Assembly (NCBI GenBank): GCA_963667175.2
Contig: CAXXXF010000016.1
Span: 416,001-480,000, forward strand
DNA length: 64,000 bases
DNA from: Candidatus Latescibacterota bacterium
GTDB lineage: Bacteria > Latescibacterota > UBA2968 > GCA-2709665
Direction of reading: 5' to 3'
This document shows, in pieces, positions 1-10,144 of this stretch. Under the pieces are notes generated by a model. That model searched no databases. It was not told the origin of the DNA and saw nothing but the letters and a program-made list of their open reading frames with translations. The stretch's first letter is position 1, and each line of letters opens with the position of its first letter. The position numbers were made by a program, and so were the translations under genes.

Positions 1-2516
1 TGTGTGATGGCCGCCGTGATTCGGTTGCACGCGTCGTCGGCAAGTGCCTGGTACATCAATTGGGCGGGATAGGTACCTCCCTTGCAGACAAGGCAGTTAT
101 CCAACCATTTCCTTGTGATGCTCTTCAGTTGTCCGAAGAGATGGAGTTTCGGTTCGTCTCCAGGGTCCCGCCATTTTGTATACAATAGCCTCTGGGTAAG
201 GTGGAATAAGAGTGTCGATTGCCGAAGATCGTTTGTATGGATCAGGTTGAGATCCACGCCTTCGCCAATGATCCCCTGATTGGTGGTGATGGACGGCCCG
301 ATCAGATCCGGCGTCAGTTCCAGAACGGAGTCTTCGTTGAACTCGGCCGTAAGCCTCTCTTCAGGCAATTCCACGCGATATCCGGCCACCCGGGGGAATC
401 GTATCTCGAGTGCGTCCCTCTCCGGTCGCATCGCCCGTACCTGTACAGTTTCTCGCGGGGCAGGTGGAGCAACCACGACAGGTTTGGCGGTAAAGTCGAA
501 TGGTATGCCCAATACGTCAGCATACTCCACGTCGAACAAACCGATGTCATTGAGATCGTAGGACTGCCGGCGCAAGGCGCGGCCGACAACCTGCTCACAG
601 AGCAACTGGGTGCCGAATGCGCGGACTCCCAGAACGTGGCTGACGTTGTTCGCGTCCCAGCCTTCGGTGAGCATGGACACCGAAACCACACAGCGAATGG
701 AATCCCCGAGCCGGCCGGCCTTGCCGACCGTGTTCATGACCTCACGGAGAAGCTCCTGGTCGGTGATCTTCTCAGCCTGTTGTCGATCACCGGTACGCTC
801 AATGATCTCTCGCCTGAATCGGTCGATTTCATCGGCGGCCATCTTCCGGAAACTCGTGTCCAATGCGTCGCCGGACTCCAACTGCTCGCTGTCTATAAGT
901 AAAGTACGTGGCCGAGCGAACTTTTCTCCGTATTCGTCGAAGTTGCGAAACAGATCGAGGCGTCCCTGAACAAAGTTCTCCGAGCCGTCTTCTGTTTCGC
1001 GATGGAATCCGGAGATGTAGTCGTAAACCAGCTTGGAGGTCGACGTATTGTTGCAGACGACGATAAAACACGGCGGAACGCTTATGCCCGCCTTCTGCAT
1101 CACTTCATAGGTCTTCTTGTAATGCCCGTAAAGCGCCTCCAGCGCTGTCTGTAGTTCAACGGGAAGGCTCAGCGGATCGAGATGCTTGCTCTTGCCGCGT
1201 CCCTTCTTTGGCATGGCAGGACGAATGTGTTCCCAGAGGTTCCTGAACTTGGGCATGTCCCCGCCGGGGATGTTGTCCGCTACGGGCACGCGGGGAAGCT
1301 TGACAATACCGCTTTCAATAGCGTCCATCAGCGAAAAGTCGCACATTGTCCATGGGAACAGTGTCCCTTCCGCATATCCGGAACCGCGCAAGAAGAACGG
1401 CGTTGCGGATAGATCCATAACGCGGCTGATGCCAAGCTTTGTGTCGACCGTCTCCAGTCCAGAAATCCACAGACGCGCGGCTTCCGTGTTCTTCTCGGCT
1501 TCCTTCCGATCGTCACCCTTGAGCGTGCCTTCCTCCCCATCCCCCGGCATTTCGCGGTAGCAGTGATGGGCTTCGTCATTCAGAACGATGACATTCTTGA
1601 TCCCCATCAGTTCGGGCATCACCCGCTGGAGCATCTGACCTTCTGACTCCAGCGTCGCCAATGAGTCGCCACGGCCTTGAAGCAATCGACGACCACCCCT
1701 GGATAGGTCAAGGCGCTCCCGCAACTTGAACGCGTGGTAATTCGTGATGACGATCTTCGCCTGTTGAAGATCCGGCAGCATGTCGCCAGGGGCCAATTCA
1801 CGTTGTTTATAGTAGCTGTCCGGATCGTTGGGTTGCAACACACGCAGCCGATCCTTGATCGTGATGCCGGGGGTGACGACGAGGAATCCACGCGTAAATC
1901 GCCTGCTCTGTGGTCGGCGTACGGCGTTGATGGTCTGCCAGGCGATCAACATTGCCATGACCGTGGTCTTCCCGGCGCCGGTCGCCAGTTTTAACGCCAG
2001 TCGCTGTAATCCAGTATTCGCTTCTTTGTTGGCGCCGGCCAAATGGTCGAGGAATCTCCTGCCGGTCGCACCGGCTTGCGGGGCAACTTCCGTCAGCCAG
2101 ATGACCGTCTCCACAGCTTCGATCTGACAAAAGAATGGCTTAATATCGATGAACTGATGATGCCGCCAGTGCTCGAGTAGACGGGCGGTCTCAGGGGACA
2201 CCTGCCATTGTCTTGGATTCGGCAGTTTTCGCCATCGGTCGACCTGAAGACGAACGCCGTTGATAATTTCGGTTAAATCGTATTGCTGGCCTTCTGTCCC
2301 AAGTTTCCTGGCGGCCTCGTCGAAGACCATCGCCGTTTGATCCGTTGAAGATCCCTTTTGTTTTTTCGGCAATGGGATGGGCGAAATAAACTCGGCCCGC
2401 CTTCGACTTTCGACGACGTTCTGCGTGGGCTGGCCGGTCTCATCCAGTTCCCAGTGTCTGCTCGGGTACTCGTACGGCGAGTTGAGTATCGGTCGTTCGA
2501 AGAATGGGTCGCTCAA
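1..2516 (-). CDS. Type III restriction enzyme Res subunit (DEAD/DEAH helicase-endonuclease, BPTD_3080-like); 3' end runs off the window
   Basis: Missing from the ORF track because there is no stop in the window. Hand translation from TTG at 2516 (AGGAG upstream) gives LSDPFFERPILNSPYEYPSRHWELDETGQPTQ..., Walker A LATGAGKTTVMAMLIAWQ, Walker B VLNDEAHHCYR. The segment at base 1 is in the same frame. Confidence 0.88.
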   Translation of the reverse strand, partial: MSDPFFERPILNSPYEYPSRHWELDETGQPTQNVVESRRRAEFISPIPLPKKQKGSSTDQTAMVFDEAARKLGTEGQQYDLTEIINGVRLQVDRWRKLPNPRQWQVSPETARLLEHWRHHQFIDIKPFFCQIEAVETVIWLTEVAPQAGATGRRFLDHLAGANKEANTGLQRLALKLATGAGKTTVMAMLIAWQTINAVRRPQSRRFTRGFLVVTPGITIKDRLRVLQPNDPDSYYKQRELAPGDMLPDLQQAKIVITNYHAFKLRERLDLSRGGRRLLQGRGDSLATLESEGQMLQRVMPELMGIKNVIVLNDEAHHCYREMPGDGEEGTLKGDDRKEAEKNTEAARLWISGLETVDTKLGISRVMDLSATPFFLRGSGYAEGTLFPWTMCDFSLMDAIESGIVKLPRVPVADNIPGGDMPKFRNLWEHIRPAMPKKGRGKSKHLDPLSLPVELQTALEALYGHYKKTYEVMQKAGISVPPCFIVVCNNTSTSKLVYDYISGFHRETEDGSENFVQGRLDLFRNFDEYGEKFARPRTLLIDSEQLESGDALDTSFRKMAADEIDRFRREIIERTGDRQQAEKITDQELLREVMNTVGKAGRLGDSIRCVVSVSMLTEGWDANNVSHVLGVRAFGTQLLCEQVVGRALRRQSYDLNDIGLFDVEYADVLGIPFDFTAKPVVVAPPAPRETVQVRAMRPERDALEIRFPRVAGYRVELPEERLTAEFNEDSVLELTPDLIGPSITTNQGIIGEGVDLNLIHTNDLRQSTLLFHLTQRLLYTKWRDPGDEPKLHLFGQLKSITRKWLDNCLVCKGGTYPAQLMYQALADDACNRITAAIT

Positions 2517-2664
2517 ATCAATGCACTCCTATCGTAACCAAATCCCGTTGTTCCATGTTGATCGTATTACGGGGAGCACCGTATTGTTTACATCCTCCCA
2601 TTCTTCTGTGGTGGGGCCTGGATGTCGACGATTTGCTGCTTCTGAAAATAAATGGAAGCTGACA

Positions 2665-3425
<761 letters not shown>

Positions 3426-3816
3426 ACTGTTCTTCCTGACCACTGGCCACTGTCCACTATTTACTGCTCCTGGTAATCAGTGGTACAGGCGCCGAATTCC
3501 TGGAAGGCCGTTTCTGTGTTGCACCAAATCTCCAACTGCGACGAAAGTAGAAATGACACCAATAATTGCGTCTCGTGTCAAGGAAAACCTGCATCTTCCC
3601 GCCATTCGCAGACACCGCCACGGACGGGAGACGAATCTGACGAATCTCGGATTTTTTTTGCCTGCCCGCCGATTGCTGACAGGCAACTTCCCACCGTATC
3701 AGGCGTTATAAGCCCATGTGGGACGTTCGCTCTTGAGAGACGGAAAACGTATTGCAAATATAGGCACAGACGATTGACCCGTGCACATCTTTCCACGCGC
3801 GGCCACCGAGGTTTTC

Positions 3817-5175
3817 ATGCGCCAAACAGACCGAAGATCAGCTCAAACGACGTTTCGCTTCCCAATCGGACGGTGGATACCCATCGCGATGTCCGCGGTC
3901 CTTATCGCGGCACACCCGGGATGCGGGGGAAAATCACCGGTTGACGAGGCGCCGGATGAAACGGAGGAGGATCAGGCCGAAGTGGTGCGGTCCGAAATGG
4001 CGCGAAAAACCTCGCTTTCCCCTTCGGACGTGAAGCTGGACGATCTGGTGCGCGGAAACAGCGCGTTCGCGTTCGACCTTTTCGGTGCGTTGCGAGAAAA
4101 GGATGGAAATCTATTCTATTCGCCGCACAGCATCTCCATAGCGCTGGCTATGATATATGCGGGCGCCAATGAAGAGACGGCACGGCAGATGGAGGAGGTC
4201 CTGCGTTTCCAGCTTGCTTCGGATCAGCTGCACCCGGCATTCAACGTCCTTGACCTCGAGCTTTCGTCTCGCGGCGAGACGAGCAGCGGTCAGGATGGTG
4301 ACGGATTCCGCTTGAACGTCGCGAATGCCATCTGGGGACAGAAGGAGTACGCGTTTCTGCCGCGCTTCCTCGACACGCTGGCCGAGAACTACGGCGCCGG
4401 TCTGCGCGTTGTCGATTTCATCCAGGATCCGGAAGCGTCGCGTCAGTCAATCAACGACTGGGTCGCTGAACGGACCGAAGACAGGATCCAGGACCTGATT
4501 CCGGAGGGTCTCATCGATCATCTGACGCGGCTGGTGCTGTCAAACGCAATCTACTTCAAAGCGGCCTGGCGCCTCCCGTTCGAGGAAAGCCTGACGTCGA
4601 CGGAGACGTTCCACCTGCTGAGCGGCGACCGCGTCGACGTACCGATGATGCGCCAGACGGAGACCTTCGGGTTCGCCCGGGACGAGACTGCCCGGGCTCA
4701 GGCGGTGGAATTGCCGTACGCGGGCGACGAGGCGTCGATGTTGCTCTTTCTTCCCGACGCCGGAACGTACGATCAGTTCGAACGCTCGTTGAGCGTGGAA
4801 CTCGTCAGTGAGTTCTCCAGGCAACTGAGCCCCGACCGACTCCGGCTTTCCGTTCCGTCCTTCGAGATCGAATCCGAATTCAGGTTGGCCGACACCCTGA
4901 AGGGCATGGGTATGGCGGACGCATTCAACCCTGCTTTGGCGGACTTCTCAGGGATCGACGGAACGAAGGACCTTTACCTCTCGGCGGTTGTTCACAAAGC
5001 GTTCGTCAAGGTGGACGAACGGGGCACGGAGGCCGGCGCGGCCACCGGAGGGACGATTGGCGTCACCTCGCTGCCGCCCGCGTTCACGGTCGACCGGCCG
5101 TTCATCTTCCTCATCCGCGACAACGCAACGGATGCCATCCTGTTTGTCGGGCGCGTCATGGATCCGACGAAATGA
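3817..5175 (+). CDS. Serpin (serine protease inhibitor), probable lipoprotein
   Basis: NLFYSPHSISIAL, NAIYFKAAW, hinge VDERGTEAGAAT and DRPFIFLIRD motifs; hydrophobic N-terminus with Cys (PGCGG). Start placed at ATG 3817 after GAGG. Confidence 0.93.
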   Translation: MRQTDRRSAQTTFRFPIGRWIPIAMSAVLIAAHPGCGGKSPVDEAPDETEEDQAEVVRSEMARKTSLSPSDVKLDDLVRGNSAFAFDLFGALREKDGNLFYSPHSISIALAMIYAGANEETARQMEEVLRFQLASDQLHPAFNVLDLELSSRGETSSGQDGDGFRLNVANAIWGQKEYAFLPRFLDTLAENYGAGLRVVDFIQDPEASRQSINDWVAERTEDRIQDLIPEGLIDHLTRLVLSNAIYFKAAWRLPFEESLTSTETFHLLSGDRVDVPMMRQTETFGFARDETARAQAVELPYAGDEASMLLFLPDAGTYDQFERSLSVELVSEFSRQLSPDRLRLSVPSFEIESEFRLADTLKGMGMADAFNPALADFSGIDGTKDLYLSAVVHKAFVKVDERGTEAGAATGGTIGVTSLPPAFTVDRPFIFLIRDNATDAILFVGRVMDPTK

Positions 5176-5207
5176 TCCCGGTAACGTCAGCCGTCCCCAG
5201 ACCGGGA

Positions 5208-5257
5208 CACGAAGCGCAAGACCCGTACGTCATCAGGCGTACGGGTCTTGCTTCGTG
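5208..5257. terminator. Long inverted repeat between convergent genes
   Basis: GCAAGACCCGTACG (5216-5229) and CGTACGGGTCTTGC (5238-5251) form a perfect 14-bp stem, extended by CACGAA/TTCGTG. No U-tract. Confidence 0.5.
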
Positions 5258-5287
5258 CGGGAAGTTCGCAATATTCCAACGGTAATC

Positions 5288-5665
5288 TCAGGCGGGATCC
5301 GATTCGCGTTGAAAGAGCTGAAGGAGGACGTCGTTCGGACCGTTGAAGAAGCTGAGCCGGATATCCGTTCCCTCCGCGTCGAACGGCTCGACGGCAACGT
5401 TCACGCCGGCAGCCTTGAGATCGCCCGCGCTGTCGTCCACGTCGCCAACTTTGAACGAGATATGATGAAAGCCCACGTCCGCCTGCATGGTTTTCTGGGG
5501 CATCAGCTCCAGGATGACATTCCCTGCCTTCAGAAAGACGAAGTCCTCATCGTCGTCATTCGGGAAACGCTCGAGTTCGGTCAGGCCGAGTGTCTCTGTA
5601 TAGAAGCGTACGGCGCCTTCGATGTCGTCGCTCACGATCGCGATTTTGTGAATATTGTCGATCAT
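5288..5665 (-). CDS. VOC/glyoxalase family protein
   Basis: IHKIAIVSDDIEGAVRFYTETLGL, GFHHISFKVGDVD, FFNGPNDVLLQL. Confidence 0.88.
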   Translation of the reverse strand: MIDNIHKIAIVSDDIEGAVRFYTETLGLTELERFPNDDDEDFVFLKAGNVILELMPQKTMQADVGFHHISFKVGDVDDSAGDLKAAGVNVAVEPFDAEGTDIRLSFFNGPNDVLLQLFQRESDPA

Positions 5666-5745
5666 TTCGTTCTCCTGTGGTTGCGAGGATCAGGATCCCA
5701 CTCGTATTGCGATATCAGAATGCGCATTCGCACGGGCAGCCAAAC

Positions 5746-6867
5746 TCAATACAACAGCTCCCGCAGCCTCGGGGGAAGCGATCCCCGCTGCGCAGAATGC
5801 CGGTGCGTCAGGTCGAGAAGATCCACGCCGTAGAACGTCTGAAATGCTGAATGGATCTCTTTTTCATGGTCGGTCATCGCCGGCAGAGGCAGGTTCAACC
5901 TTAGCCCGTCCTTGCCGGCCGATTCGCGGACGGCCATCAGGACTTCGATGTCTTTTCGCGCGTTGTGCGCGCCATACTCCGGAGCCTCGCCGCGCACCGC
6001 GGCATCGTAGAGGCTGCACCACGCCTCGGCGATGGCAATTCCGTCCTCACCGGGAAGATTGTAGGCCGCGAGGGGCCGTTCCCGAACGACCTCGGGCAGA
6101 ATTCCCGCGACGGACCGATGTGTCGCTCCCATCAGCGCGGCGCCCCGGTCCCCAGTGACGATTCCCAGTTTCCTGTCGTCGCCGTAGAGGTGCAGTTGCA
6201 TTCCCCGTATGGCCCCTTCCGTCCCCAGAATCTCCCAGTAACCCTTCTTCTGCAGATTGTGTTCGTACGTCCCGCGAACGTTGTCCGACCAGCGTATGAT
6301 ACCCCGTTCTCTCACGTCCCTTGAGGCGGGGCGAGCGCCCGAAACGGCCCGAGGCTCCGATCCCAGAATCGACCGGATTGCGCTGATGCCGTGGTACGAA
6401 CCCGAGGTGTAGGAGAGGTAGAATTCCTTGACTTCGCCGATAAGACCCTGCTTTACAATCTTCTGCTTTAGCCGTTCGCGAGGCCATCTGCGGACGTTCT
6501 CGGAGACTTCCAGAAAAACGCCGTTATCCTCCGCGGCCCGGATCATCATGTCGGCGCAGGGCAGCGTGTGGGCGATCGGCGTCTCGGTGAGGATATGGAT
6601 TTTTCGTTCCGCCAGCACGCGGGCGACCGGGTGATGAATCTCCGGCTGGACCGCGATCAGTGCGGTATCCAGCGCCTCGGTGTCCAGCATTTCATCCAGA
6701 TTCGTGTACGCGTTCGCACCCAGCTTGCCCGCGACAGATCGAGCCTTCTCCCCGTCGATATCGCACACGCCGACCAATCTGTACCTGTCGGAAAGGATCG
6801 GCAGAACGGCCAGATGCGCGCTGGATCGCCCGCCGAGACCAATGACACCGGCATTCAAGATTGACAT
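5746..6867 (-). CDS. Gfo/Idh/MocA family oxidoreductase
   Basis: N-terminal GVIGLGGR Rossmann motif, VCDID, HILTETPIA (variant of EKP). Start moved to MSILNAG. Confidence 0.85.
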   Translation of the reverse strand: MSILNAGVIGLGGRSSAHLAVLPILSDRYRLVGVCDIDGEKARSVAGKLGANAYTNLDEMLDTEALDTALIAVQPEIHHPVARVLAERKIHILTETPIAHTLPCADMMIRAAEDNGVFLEVSENVRRWPRERLKQKIVKQGLIGEVKEFYLSYTSGSYHGISAIRSILGSEPRAVSGARPASRDVRERGIIRWSDNVRGTYEHNLQKKGYWEILGTEGAIRGMQLHLYGDDRKLGIVTGDRGAALMGATHRSVAGILPEVVRERPLAAYNLPGEDGIAIAEAWCSLYDAAVRGEAPEYGAHNARKDIEVLMAVRESAGKDGLRLNLPLPAMTDHEKEIHSAFQTFYGVDLLDLTHRHSAQRGSLPPRLRELLY

Positions 6868-7111
6868 GCAACCGGATCCTCCCGTTACGTGGTCGCAAGG
6901 TTGTTGACATGATCGCCCGCCACCGCGGAACCATTCGGCGATCGGCACAGCCGTTCGGAAGGGCCCTGACTGACAACGTCAGGAAGCTTCGGATCTCCCT
7001 ACCGGTGCGATTGCGAGCACTGCCGGATCCGTCGTGAATCCGTCCGCGATAGAGAAAGAGGCACTCGAAGAGCGCCTCGCGTCACGTCACCGTATCCAGC
7101 CTGCATGCGGG

Positions 7112-7759
7112 TTACCGATCCTTTGCGGCCGCCTCCTTCAGCATCTCGACAACCTCGGTCTTGTCGCGATATTCCGCCAGCCAGAGCGCGGTCTTCCCGT
7201 TTCTGGTGACGGCGTCGGCGTCGGCGCCCTCATCCAGCAGGCGGCCCACCACGTCCTTGTGGCCCCCGTAGGCTGCGTAGATCAGCGGTGTCCAGCCCGA
7301 ACGCGCGGAGGCATTCACGTCCGCCCCCGCGGTCAGCAGGACGTGGACCACGCCCGTCAAGCCCGCGTCGGCGGCGAGCATCAGAGGCGTCCGTTGGTTC
7401 AGATCTCTGGCATCCACGACGGCGCCAGCCTCCAGCAGGATCTCGGTGAGCGTGGAATCCTTCTTGATCGCGGCCTCCATCAGCGCCGTCCGGCTATATA
7501 GATCGTCGTTGACGTCGGCGCCTGCGTCGAGCAGAAGCCGCACCACCTCGGGAACCGCCTTCTTCGCGGCCTCGATCAATGGGGTCGTCCCCGCCTTGCC
7601 CTCTTCGTTCGCGTCGGCGCCTTCGTCCAGGAGCTCCTTTACCCCCTTTTCATCTCCCTTTTTGACCATGGCGATCAGATCCGTGTCCTCGGCGGATTTG
7701 CACGCCGAAACCACAAGAAGCGGGACCAGTACCACGAGATTCAACGTACGACTCGCCAT
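7112..7759 (-). CDS. Ankyrin-repeat lipoprotein
   Basis: About 5 repeats of TPLxxAA...VxxLLxAGADVN; signal peptide ending VSAC. Confidence 0.9.
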   Translation of the reverse strand: MASRTLNLVVLVPLLVVSACKSAEDTDLIAMVKKGDEKGVKELLDEGADANEEGKAGTTPLIEAAKKAVPEVVRLLLDAGADVNDDLYSRTALMEAAIKKDSTLTEILLEAGAVVDARDLNQRTPLMLAADAGLTGVVHVLLTAGADVNASARSGWTPLIYAAYGGHKDVVGRLLDEGADADAVTRNGKTALWLAEYRDKTEVVEMLKEAAAKDR

Positions 7760-7983
7760 ACGAACACCGGTTTTCGAACCATGTTTTGCGCTACAAATCC
7801 GCCTTGTGGATAACAACTGAAACAACACGCCCCTCGCCGATCCGCTCTTCAAATGCAATTGTCATTGTACGTCCGGCATCGGGAAGTCTCCAGAATCGCG
7901 AACCCGCCGACCGCCTCTTCGTCCGGAACGACCATTGGACATTCCTGCCGGATCCCGGGTTCCGCCCGGAGTCCGTTCGGCGT

Positions 7984-8406
7984 TTATTCGCCGGATTTGG
8001 AGAAGACCAGGGTCAACGTCCGGGCCTGTCCGTCCACCTGCGCGGAAATCAATATGGTTATCGTATTTCCCCCATCTGAAACCTGGCCGGATTGGGTACC
8101 GCCGCCGTCGGGCGTGAGCGTCAGGTTCGAACCCGATGCGACGTACCCTCCCGTCTGTGCGACCCGTATCACGTCGTCTGAACCCGCAGTAACAAAAGAT
8201 GCCACAACTGAATACCGGTTTTCGGTCAAGGTCATGATCCCGGAAGCGTTTGGAGGAGATATCGCGGAACCCCCGGAAGGCGTCAACCTCAAAAGATCGT
8301 AGGACCCGGCCAGCGTCTCGGAAGCCGCGGGGTTATCGTCGTTGTCGTCTCCGCCGCACGCGACACAGACACAAATCGTCAGCAGACCCAACAGGATGGG
8401 CTTCAT
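7984..8406 (-). CDS. Hypothetical lipoprotein (possible lipocalin-like beta-barrel)
   Basis: MKPILLGLLTICVCVAC lipobox, AGGAG RBS, LAGSYDL start and beta-strand-rich body. Confidence 0.7.
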   Translation of the reverse strand: MKPILLGLLTICVCVACGGDDNDDNPAASETLAGSYDLLRLTPSGGSAISPPNASGIMTLTENRYSVVASFVTAGSDDVIRVAQTGGYVASGSNLTLTPDGGGTQSGQVSDGGNTITILISAQVDGQARTLTLVFSKSGE

Positions 8407-8618
8407 CAATGCGTTCTCCTTTTGGATTTCCAACGCGATACCCCCGCGCAGGTGGTCGAAACACGCGGGAACAGCGTTCAATTTCAATATAAATCGCGTA
8501 CGAATCTCCGGCAAGCGTTCTTTTGGGAGGCTGGACGTTTCGGACCTCGTCTCAGCCCCCGGCAGAGTGGACGTGCAGACGAATGAATTCTCATTTTAAA
8601 ATTCTGTTTTTTTTGGTG

Positions 8619-8647
8619 TTGACATTGGAAAATATCTGAGTTATCGT
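8619..8647 (+). promoter_or_regulatory. Sigma70-type promoter for the HU/IHF gene
   Basis: TTGACA-17 bp-TATCGT preceded by a T-rich tract. Confidence 0.6.
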
Positions 8648-8692
8648 TGACCCTTCCATAGCTGTCGGAATCGGATTTATCGGGGGAAACGT

Positions 8693-9004
8693 ATGGCAAC
8701 GATCACGAAGGCTTCTCTGGCGCGTTATCTTTCGGACAACATCGGCCACCCCAAAACCAAAGCCTTAGAAGCCGTCGACGTCCTGTTCGAAGCCATGACT
8801 TCTTCCATCTGCAATGGAAAGCGAATTGAGATCCGTGGTTTTGGTTCCTGGGAAGTCAAGGAAACGAAGGAAAAGACCCAGGCGCGCAATCCCAGCACCG
8901 GGGAAACGGTTTACGTGCCCGCGCGCCGCAAAGTCATGTTCAAACCCGGAAAGATTTTGAAAAAGGTGCTGTCCCAGTCCCTGGAATCCGGAACCCCGAA
9001 GTAG
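8693..9004 (+). CDS. HU/IHF family DNA-binding protein
   Basis: IEIRGFGSW, ARNPSTGETVYVPARRKVMFKPGK. Confidence 0.95.
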   Translation: MATITKASLARYLSDNIGHPKTKALEAVDVLFEAMTSSICNGKRIEIRGFGSWEVKETKEKTQARNPSTGETVYVPARRKVMFKPGKILKKVLSQSLESGTPK

Positions 9005-9033
9005 ACCTGCGTCCCGAAACGCCGAAACAGCGC

Positions 9034-9840
9034 ATGCGATGGCGTGAAAAGCTGAAGCAGTTTCAGGCCGACGGTCCGAACAGGCTCCTGGTGGTCAGCG
9101 ACTGGGACCGAACCCTGACGCGGGCCACGGCGGAGGACGGCAGAGACCAGTCAACGTGCTCGGTCATTGCCAACAGCGGGCATCTCGGACCGGCCTTCGC
9201 CCGTCGTTACCGGGAGCTGTTTGACCGCTATCGCGGAATCGAACGCGCGTCGGATATTCCAGGGCGCGAGAAGTTGCCCCACCTGCGTCAGTGGTGGACC
9301 CGCCAGTTCGATCTGCTGCTTGAATACAAATTCAACATTCGGATCATTCATCGGATTGTGGGTGAAAACCGGCCGCACCTTCGAGAAGGCGCGCGCCGTT
9401 TTTTTTGTTGCCTCCACGACCGAGGCATACCCCTGATCATTCTGTCGGCGGGCATCAGGCAAATCATCGAAGCCAGGCTCGCGGCTGTTGGCGTACCCAC
9501 CGCAAATGTCGTCATCATCGCCAACGTCCTCGCCTTTGACACGAAAGGCGATGCGGTGGCGTACAATACGCCGCTCATCCACAGCCTGAACAAAAGCGGG
9601 GCCGGCGCCAAAGCGTTCCCCGGACGCCGGAACCTGCTTCTCCTCGGCGACACGCTTGAAGATATCAACATGGCGGCGGGCATCAGCCACGAAAGCCTGC
9701 TCAGCTTCGCCTTCCCCGTCGATTGCGACCACATTGAAGACTTTCGGTTCATATACGACGTCGTACTCGCTCCGGAAGCCTCTCTGGCGCCCGTGAATGC
9801 GGTCTTGAACGACGTCTGTGCGCCTTCTCGTCGGCATTGA
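9034..9840 (+). CDS. HAD pyrimidine 5'-nucleotidase-like protein (UMPH-1/NT5C3 family)
   Basis: LVVSDWDRTLT, LREGARRFF, IPLIILSAGI, IHSLNK, NLLLLGDTLEDINMA. Confidence 0.78.
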   Translation: MRWREKLKQFQADGPNRLLVVSDWDRTLTRATAEDGRDQSTCSVIANSGHLGPAFARRYRELFDRYRGIERASDIPGREKLPHLRQWWTRQFDLLLEYKFNIRIIHRIVGENRPHLREGARRFFCCLHDRGIPLIILSAGIRQIIEARLAAVGVPTANVVIIANVLAFDTKGDAVAYNTPLIHSLNKSGAGAKAFPGRRNLLLLGDTLEDINMAAGISHESLLSFAFPVDCDHIEDFRFIYDVVLAPEASLAPVNAVLNDVCAPSRRH

Positions 9841-10012
9841 CCGGGCGCGACAGGCGTCACGGCTGACGGCCGGTCTCCCGGACAGGACCATGCGCGTGCA
9901 TCCGCCCGCGTGTAGACATGCGGACCGTTCAACGCGCGTCCTGTTGATGCGTCAACGGAACCCGAACGGGCCATGGCGCGTGGCCTGTCCCGCGAAGGAA
10001 AGGAGGCGAATC

Positions 10013-10051
10013 ATGAAGGAGATTACCACGCGGAGGGTGTCCGGTCGATAA
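10013..10051 (+). CDS. Putative 12-aa small peptide MKEITTRRVSGR
   Basis: AAGGAGG Shine-Dalgarno 6 nt before ATG 10013; terminator follows. Confidence 0.3.
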   Translation: MKEITTRRVSGR

Positions 10052-10081
10052 GGACGGCCGACATTCCTTCAGAAAGTCGAA

Positions 10082-10113
10082 CCGGGCGCCCCCCAAAAGG
10101 GGCGCCCGGCTTT
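10082..10113 (+). terminator. GC-rich hairpin terminator between convergent transcription units
   Basis: CCGGGCGCCCC-CCAAAA-GGGGCGCCCGG followed by CTTT. Confidence 0.7.
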
Positions 10114-10144
10114 GTGTCGTAGATTTGGAATCTGGAGCCTGCGC

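Noticed and set aside
2322-2339. QTAMVF in Res as a clamp-binding motif linking it to the sigma-clamp fusion
   Set aside because: Poor match to QL[SD]LF and no other link
7805-7813. Perfect DnaA box (TTATCCACA on the minus strand) upstream of the ankyrin gene
   Set aside because: Single copy with no box cluster or dnaA context; compatible with chance
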